A DNA stretch of 64,000 nt from an uncultured Clostridia bacterium (lineage in GTDB: Bacteria; Aerophobota; Aerophobia; Aerophobales; AE-B3A): positions 4,764-68,763 of the forward strand of contig CAZIXA010000008.1 of the NCBI GenBank assembly GCA_964543295.1, written 5' to 3'. The position numbers and the translations under genes were made by a program. This document shows, one piece after another, positions 58,519 to 64,000 of the stretch. How positions within the stretch are numbered: the first letter of the stretch is position 1; each line of letters starts with the position of its first letter. Below the pieces are notes generated by a model. The model was not told the DNA's origin and made no database searches. It was given only the letters and a program-made list of their open reading frames with translations.

Positions 58519-59112
58519 GTGATGAAAAGAGGTGATTTATTGGAATGGTTGAAAAGATCTCCACGAAGAACAGCAGTTATAAAAGTAATGACAAAGCCTA
58601 AAATGCCTTCGGAGATTCACGAACAAGCTTCGAAAGGGGTTGTCTCTCTCAGTAACACATGCGAGATTCTAAAGGCATTGTTGGAAGAGGGTTTAGTAAC
58701 TTGTATCAATCCAAGGGAGAAAATTGGAAAGTTATATGGGCTCACAAAGACAGGGAGAGCGTTAAGAAAAAGGACATATCCTAATAAACCGAGTTATCAA
58801 GATATTCCCAACGACATTATGGAAGAGTATACCTACGTCGTACGGGGCAAGCATAGAAGGGCAGTAATTAAAGTAATTTATGATAGAAAAACACCTAGCG
58901 AAATACACAGGGATGTTGTAAAGGCCACTGAAAATGTATCTCCCGGCAGCATAAATTATGTAAAACTATCTCTCAATAGCACAAGCGATACCTTAAGGGG
59001 ATTTAGAAAGAAGGGTATTGCAATCTGCATCAATAAAGAAAAAAGAGTTGGAAGATTATATGAACTTACGAAGAAAGGTAAAGTGATAAGAGAGCAGATG
59101 CTGAGAGAGTAG
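58519..59112 (+). CDS. tandem-duplicated winged-helix DNA-binding protein (two ~95-aa repeats)
   Basis: repeats RRTAVIKVM.KP..PSEIH....G...KL.L and RRAVIKVIYDRKTPSEIHRDV.. ; divergent from the surface-protein gene. Confidence 0.45.
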   Translation: MMKRGDLLEWLKRSPRRTAVIKVMTKPKMPSEIHEQASKGVVSLSNTCEILKALLEEGLVTCINPREKIGKLYGLTKTGRALRKRTYPNKPSYQDIPNDIMEEYTYVVRGKHRRAVIKVIYDRKTPSEIHRDVVKATENVSPGSINYVKLSLNSTSDTLRGFRKKGIAICINKEKRVGRLYELTKKGKVIREQMLRE

Positions 59113-59445
59113 CTTGGCTCGACAAATTTCTACGAATTTTTTCTGATACAGAACAGATTTCTTTTTGATGAGTTTTTTTAAGAATACATTCCGTGTAAGT
59201 TTTTTAAATCATTAATATTACCACTTTAGAAAGAAAACACATCAGAGAAATGGTGAATCAAAATGTATGATGGCAATAAGCTGTACAGCCAATACAAAAA
59301 AGAAAAGGACGAACTTAAAGATCACCTTCCAGAATGGATTGGTATTCTGCAGGATTATTTTAGAAGAAACTATTATTCTTCATCTTCGAAACCCGGGGCT
59401 AAGAAAAGAAAAAGATAATGAATTCGAAATTATTTTGGCTCCAGC

Positions 59446-60783
59446 CTAAATCTCCATTAATTTCTTCGTCAAGCCAAGTTCTGAGAGAATCTCTGCCAAT
59501 TTCTTTACAGTCTTTGGATTTTTGGCTAAAGCAGTTATGATCTCATCAGAATTTTTCCTTTTCTCATCAAGCTCTATTGCGGTTTTTACATCTAGAACTT
59601 TGCTACATTTTTGGCAAAAAAGAGCGTCCTTAGAATTAATACCTCCACATGACTGACACTGTTTTGGTTTTAGAAGGCTTTCTTTTTCTTTTGTTTTCTT
59701 GATTCCGTGAATTTCCAGAATGGTGTTATTCACATCGCTTGAGAGAAGATGGGAATATTCAGAAAGCATCTTGCTTGAAGGAACCCAGCCAAAATAAACC
59801 TTGGCCTGGGCTTCGCTTATCTGTCTGTTAATCAAAAGATGAGTTACTCTCGTGTGCCGGAAGAGATGATGATAAAGCCTCTTTTTAATCTTAGCCTTTC
59901 TTTTGAGTCTTAGAATTAGTGCTCTAAAACTTCCGTATTTCATCTTTTCATTTTTATTTCTGTTTCCAGTCATAACCCATAAAGGAGATCGAGGATTATC
60001 TTTCCCGGGGTGCAGATTAAGCCAATTGGTAATGTAAGGATCAGATATAACTATTCTTGGAGTTCTATGACCAGTTTTTCCATTTAAATCAACTATGTAG
60101 CTATATCTATCTCTAGTAACGTCCTTGATTTGTAGAGAACCTATTTCTCCAATTCTAGCACCAAGTTCGTATAGCATAGAGACAAATGCTTTATCCCTCG
60201 GATATTCTGCAGCATCTATCAATCTTTTGATATCTTTTTCGGTGAGAATATCTGATGCCTGTACCTTTGGTTGATCCTTTTTCTTGACGTTGGTGTTAAT
60301 CCAACTTACAATTTTAGGATAATCATTTCTTTCTTTATAGTTATCTTTATACTTTAACCATTTGTAGAACTTCTTTAGTATTGCTCTATAGCCTTGCTTT
60401 GTCCAAACCGAATAATCTTCTCTTGATTCTATTTTGATAACAACTTCCTTTATATCTCTTTCAGTAGCTTTATCAAAATCCTTTTTCAGATATTGGCTTG
60501 CTAACATTAGGAGACTACTAATCAATTTAATTCTTCTGGGTTTGCTTAGTCCTTCTAAGAAACATGTCCTGTCAAAGTCTAAAATCAAATCTTTATTCTT
60601 TTCAGAGATGGTTGATTTCTTAACTCTTTCCAGAGCTGATTTATACTTAGTACTATAGTCATGGATATCTTTTGTAGGGATCATACTAATAGTGTAGATC
60701 CAACTAGTATATAAATCTTTCGGCTCTGAACTAGTTGTGCAACGCCCTGACCGGACGATGAACAACTTGTATGGATCCCACAA
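59446..60783 (-). CDS. tyrosine site-specific recombinase/integrase with C-terminal zinc ribbon
   Basis: 445 aa; R..HxxR..Y catalytic pattern (HHLFRHTRVT, ..KVYFGW); CQSCGG...CQKC. Confidence 0.7.
   Translation of the reverse strand: MWDPYKLFIVRSGRCTTSSEPKDLYTSWIYTISMIPTKDIHDYSTKYKSALERVKKSTISEKNKDLILDFDRTCFLEGLSKPRRIKLISSLLMLASQYLKKDFDKATERDIKEVVIKIESREDYSVWTKQGYRAILKKFYKWLKYKDNYKERNDYPKIVSWINTNVKKKDQPKVQASDILTEKDIKRLIDAAEYPRDKAFVSMLYELGARIGEIGSLQIKDVTRDRYSYIVDLNGKTGHRTPRIVISDPYITNWLNLHPGKDNPRSPLWVMTGNRNKNEKMKYGSFRALILRLKRKAKIKKRLYHHLFRHTRVTHLLINRQISEAQAKVYFGWVPSSKMLSEYSHLLSSDVNNTILEIHGIKKTKEKESLLKPKQCQSCGGINSKDALFCQKCSKVLDVKTAIELDEKRKNSDEIITALAKNPKTVKKLAEILSELGLTKKLMEI
60741..60775. repeat. 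R-family repeat R4, inside first 15 codons of integrase gene
   Basis: cgccctgaccggacgatgaacaacttgtatggatccc. Confidence 0.55.
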
Positions 60784-61189
60784 GACCGTTCGGTGAAATG
60801 CCCTACGAGGATACCCTAAACGTAATGAGTGTGCGAATGTTTCGGAGATTTCTCAAAAATGCAATTAGTTAGTTGGCTTGTTTCTGACATCGACGGTTAG
60901 GCAACTCTTTATCCATGAAACCTCGTCGAAAAACTCACGAAATGGCTATTTCACCTCTGTGTGACCGGGTGCTGTGGACGAACCTTACTATTATTTGTTC
61001 GGTGCTGTGACAAAATCCCTCTATCATAAGGAAGAAGGGTCTTACCTTGCATAAAGGTTTTTGCTTGGTTCAAACTGGGACCGCAGGAAGGCGTAAAAGA
61101 AGCTAAGGAAGTGTCAAAAGAATTTACGAGAAAATATTTTACACTGGGCCTATACTGAGAAACCTTGGAAAGAAGCAGGATATTTTGGC

Positions 61190-61225
61190 GCCCCTGACCG
61201 GACGATGAAGAAGTTCATAGATCCT
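61190..61225. repeat. R-family repeat R5, ~415 bp upstream of integrase start
   Basis: cgcccctgaccggacgatgaagaagttcatagatcc; encodes ..NFFIVRSG.. paralleling integrase KLFIVRSG. Confidence 0.55.
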
Positions 61226-61304
61226 AAAAGAATCTTCGGAAAATGCCTTGTTAAAAGGACTTCACCAAAAGATTTAAGTAATTTACTATCTGTCATAAAG
61301 CAAA

Positions 61305-61682
61305 ATGAAAAATTTCCACAAAAAGGCATTCGGGTTCGCAAAGGACATTTTTAACTATGGCAGATTGTACGCTATCGGAACCGACCAAGAAATAGCAATG
61401 CAAGAAAATAAGATGCCAGAACATATACAATCGACAGTTTGTTTTTGTACGATGTTGGAAACTTTTTCGTGTTTACCAGCATACCCTCTATCTATAATTT
61501 TGGCTTCTCCCTATGCTAACGAACCAGCGTTATATGCGTCTTGTATTTTAGGAACATTGGGATTAAGTTTTCTTAGCCTAGCAGATGGAATTAGCCGATT
61601 AGAAAGTGAGAGTACTAAAGTTGGTGTAGGCTCCGGTCTGGTTGGGAAGATAAGGCAAGCGTGGAAAAAGTATAGAACATAA
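61305..61682 (+). CDS. hypothetical protein
   Basis: 125-aa ORF. Confidence 0.25.
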   Translation: MKNFHKKAFGFAKDIFNYGRLYAIGTDQEIAMQENKMPEHIQSTVCFCTMLETFSCLPAYPLSIILASPYANEPALYASCILGTLGLSFLSLADGISRLESESTKVGVGSGLVGKIRQAWKKYRT

Positions 61683-61713
61683 AGGTAAGGTGCCCCTTAG
61701 ACTGGGAAGACTA

Positions 61714-62031
61714 TTATTTTGGCAAAGGAATTAGGTATGTAAGGAGAATCGAGATTCCTATTCCAGTAGAGTATATTATTCCGAAATATTTGAGAATTCT
61801 TTGTGTACGCCATGGGGCTTCCATTCTTATCTTAATATACTGATCAGAGTAGAAGCCCAGAATAGTGGCTAAACTTTCCCGATAATCACGTATTGCATGT
61901 GTTAGTTTCTTATGCCTTTTATAGAGAATGTAGCTAAGCCAGTAGAGGACAATTCCCAACAAAAATCCCATCATGCAGAAGCCCAATGTTACGGAGGAGG
62001 CGTTCGGATCTTTTGGGATCGAGTATCCCAC
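61714..62031 (-). CDS. small membrane protein
   Basis: 105 aa, 3 TM. Confidence 0.3.
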   Translation of the reverse strand: MGYSIPKDPNASSVTLGFCMMGFLLGIVLYWLSYILYKRHKKLTHAIRDYRESLATILGFYSDQYIKIRMEAPWRTQRILKYFGIIYSTGIGISILLTYLIPLPK

Positions 62032-62349
62032 TATTGCAAAACTTACGATTATGAGAAAACTAGTGATGCTTCATCTTGTATTACTGTAATGTCGCTGGAA
62101 ATTAGCGAGCTCGAAGTATTCCTTTTCGAGGCTACTTCTTGATTGCTCGTCAAGTTTCTTCTTCCTTGCAATAGCTTCCTTCTGGTGATCGAGAATCTTT
62201 CTGCTCAGCTTATCATTTAATTGCATTGGTCACTCTCCTGTAAATACTATTTCAACCGGAAGTGTATAATAAGAGCTTGTTTTGTCAATTCATTGCCGGC
62301 ATTACGGCAGATCCCTTCTTCTGGAGCAACCCCAGGACATTAACAAAAA

Positions 62350-62871
62350 TCACTGGGTCGTTGGCCGCTGTATTTTTTCCGTATTTGGAACACAGTTGGA
62401 AACAGCTCTAATGTAATATTGAAGCTTTCCTACCATTTGATGAGGCGCGGTATTACTTTTAGGAATATATGTGGCTACAAAACCTCTCCCTTTCTTGTTA
62501 ATAATGATAGGATGGTTTTTGACTTCGATACGAGGGGGAACTGTACATCCAGATACAGCGCCTTCGAGCCAACTAACAAATCTTTTGACATTTGTGATAG
62601 GGCATTTTGCTTTTGCCACATCCGCACTATCAAAATCTTTCGAGCAATCTATTCCCCAGACAACTACACCGCCCTCAGAATTGCCAAATCCTGAAATAGC
62701 TTTTGCAAGATTATTTCTATCATTCTGATTGAGGACTGTGCCGTCTCCATCGTCTTTGGAACGCTTAAAATCTAAAAACAACTCCTCAGACTGTCGAGTT
62801 GCGATAAATTCATTAATAGCTTTCTCGCCCTTTTCCACAATTCTTAAGAAAATATCTTCTGCTCTTTCCAT
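62350..62871 (-). CDS. AlbA_2 (Schlafen-like divergent AAA / putative DNA-binding) domain protein
   Basis: EELFLDFKRSKDD...LAKAISGFGNSEGGVVVWGID matches PF04326-type core. Confidence 0.5.
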   Translation of the reverse strand: MERAEDIFLRIVEKGEKAINEFIATRQSEELFLDFKRSKDDGDGTVLNQNDRNNLAKAISGFGNSEGGVVVWGIDCSKDFDSADVAKAKCPITNVKRFVSWLEGAVSGCTVPPRIEVKNHPIIINKKGRGFVATYIPKSNTAPHQMVGKLQYYIRAVSNCVPNTEKIQRPTTQ

Positions 62872-62910
62872 GTCTTCTATCCTCAGAAGAGATCCTCAAA
62901 GATTTCGCCC

Positions 62911-62951
62911 AGTCAATTATATACGAAATCAGCTTTTTGTTAAGTTTGAGG
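62911..62951 (-). promoter_or_regulatory. duplicated upstream element of AlbA_2 paralogs (copy 1)
   Basis: tcaattatatacgaaatcagctttttgttaagtttgagg vs 63681-63720 tcaattgtatacgaaattcgctttttgttaagtttgga. Confidence 0.4.
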
Positions 62952-63065
62952 GGATATATATGATCTTCGTATTGCCTTTCATTTTGTTTTATGGATAAAA
63001 GAAGTTGACGAAGGCAATTTAGATGTCAGCCGTTTATGCCCCGTTAAGCGAGGTACAGGGATCCG

Positions 63066-63665
63066 TTAAAGACTAAGAGCCAGCGAAAGGAAAAGTGAGA
63101 TTGCAGCACCAATGAGCCCACCCAGCATCATGTTAAGAATCTTCGTTTTCCAACTGCGTGCCACGATGAGCTCATGGTTCAAAGTTTCGATAATCCTAGA
63201 AAGGCGTTCTACTTCTGTTCCTAGATCGTCTAAAGACTTTGTACGCTCTGCGATGCCCGAATAAAGAACCTGTGAGGTAATGGGCGCCATTCGGTCACCG
63301 AGTCGTTGAAGTACCTGGCCAGCAGCGAGATAGGGAGACTGAATTCCCTTCGGAATTGTGACGACCAAAACCGATTTGCCGTCAATGCTAATAGTCTCAG
63401 TTTTAACCTGTACGGACGGTGAAACCGCTTTGAGTGCCTGTTCAATTCGCAAGCGTGCACGGTCTACGCGGTGTAATCCTACAACGCTTCGGTCATCTCG
63501 CACGCCAACGACCAATCTGCCACCGTTTGTGTTGGCAAAGGCAGAAATGAGAACAGCTAGATGCCCTCTATCAGGCAAACGAGACTTAAATTCCAGCTCC
63601 GTACTTTCTCGTTGCTCAAGAAGCTTCTTTAGATCTTCTAGTTTCATATTACAGACATTCCTCAA
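63066..63665 (-). CDS. AlbA_2 domain protein with C-terminal TM helix (paralog)
   Basis: ESTELEFKSRLPD...LAVLISAFANTNGGRLVVGV; C-terminal LGGLIGAAISLFLSLALSL. Confidence 0.5.
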   Translation of the reverse strand: MRNVCNMKLEDLKKLLEQRESTELEFKSRLPDRGHLAVLISAFANTNGGRLVVGVRDDRSVVGLHRVDRARLRIEQALKAVSPSVQVKTETISIDGKSVLVVTIPKGIQSPYLAAGQVLQRLGDRMAPITSQVLYSGIAERTKSLDDLGTEVERLSRIIETLNHELIVARSWKTKILNMMLGGLIGAAISLFLSLALSL

Positions 63666-63680
63666 GCTGTATGTCGCCTA

Positions 63681-63720
63681 ACTCAATTGTATACGAAATT
63701 CGCTTTTTGTTAAGTTTGGA
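63681..63720 (-). promoter_or_regulatory. duplicated upstream element of AlbA_2 paralogs (copy 2)
   Basis: see copy 1. Confidence 0.4.
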
Positions 63721-64000
63721 GTATGTATACGGAATTCGTTTTATCTCTCACTGGGTCAGTATGTGCGAGTTTTTTACTCATTCCTCCTACTGCTTCCTTA
63801 CATAATATCGAGCAGACTTTTATCTTCCTCAGGTCCAAGCTGTGTGCACTGTACCTAATGAGAAAATGTCATGTGACGTCTCATTTTTAGGTCTTCCAAT
63901 CATCTTCAAATTTATTTAGATACATAGGCATTACTATTTCATCAGAACCTCTTTTCTGTGCGCGTTGTAATTCCTCGCTATGAACAGCCAATGATAAATA

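Noticed and set aside
1-64000. CRISPR arrays, tRNA, tmRNA or rRNA genes
   Set aside because: I scanned for regularly spaced direct repeats and for tRNA T-loop/acceptor signatures and found none. The repeats present are irregular R-family, HU-tail, octamer or nonamer repeats, not CRISPR-like.

Overview
This looks like a low-GC prokaryotic chromosomal segment, most likely a diderm bacterium. The evidence for that is Shine-Dalgarno sites, CsoR, HU, a Wzc BY-kinase, TolC-like OEP repeats and a WbaP-type sugar transferase. It is largely accessory in character.

Layout, left to right:
- **Copper efflux:** copA/csoR.
- **Repeat-bounded cassettes:** an MFS transporter and a BrnT/BrnA toxin-antitoxin pair, each bounded by a ~25-bp repeat family.
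- **Potassium uptake:** an apparent HK-RR(TPR)-TrkA-TrkA-TrkH operon.
- **HU gene with a triplicated 3' end:** the last ~90 nt of the HU gene plus a ~110-bp downstream tail are present three times. This is the signature of an integration or recombination hotspot.
- **About 14 kb of defence-type cargo behind the HU repeats:** a HEPN-like protein, two PD-(D/E)xK nucleases, a two-gene operon ending in a SIR2-like (GAGxS/NYD/LHGS) protein, a secreted EEP nuclease, a MmeI-family Type IIL restriction-modification enzyme, an XRE regulator and a highly structured ~100-nt RNA-like element.
- **Surface-polysaccharide / glycosylation locus of about 28 kb:** two half-size TolC-like proteins, Wzc, a GDP-heptose pathway with its own transaldolase, Glf, Wzx, a Wzy-like protein, several glycosyltransferases, three zinc-ribbon methyltransferases, a radical-SAM/SPASM enzyme and WbaP. 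It is bracketed by gene fragments (wecB, cysD-like and nucleotidyltransferase remnants, an IS21 istA fragment) and by short RAGGATTA repeat arrays.
- **Right end:** a 1039-aa secreted, sequon-rich protein with a C-terminal membrane anchor, a tyrosine integrase whose 5' end is partly duplicated, and two tandem AlbA_2 (Schlafen-like) paralogs.

I saw no rRNA, tRNA or CRISPR array.

The most interesting candidates are the HU-3'-end integration hotspot with its novel SIR2-containing operon and nuclease genes, the repeat-bounded cassette array possibly linked to the distant integrase, and the remodelled heptose/methyl-sugar glycan locus paired with a putative glycoprotein.
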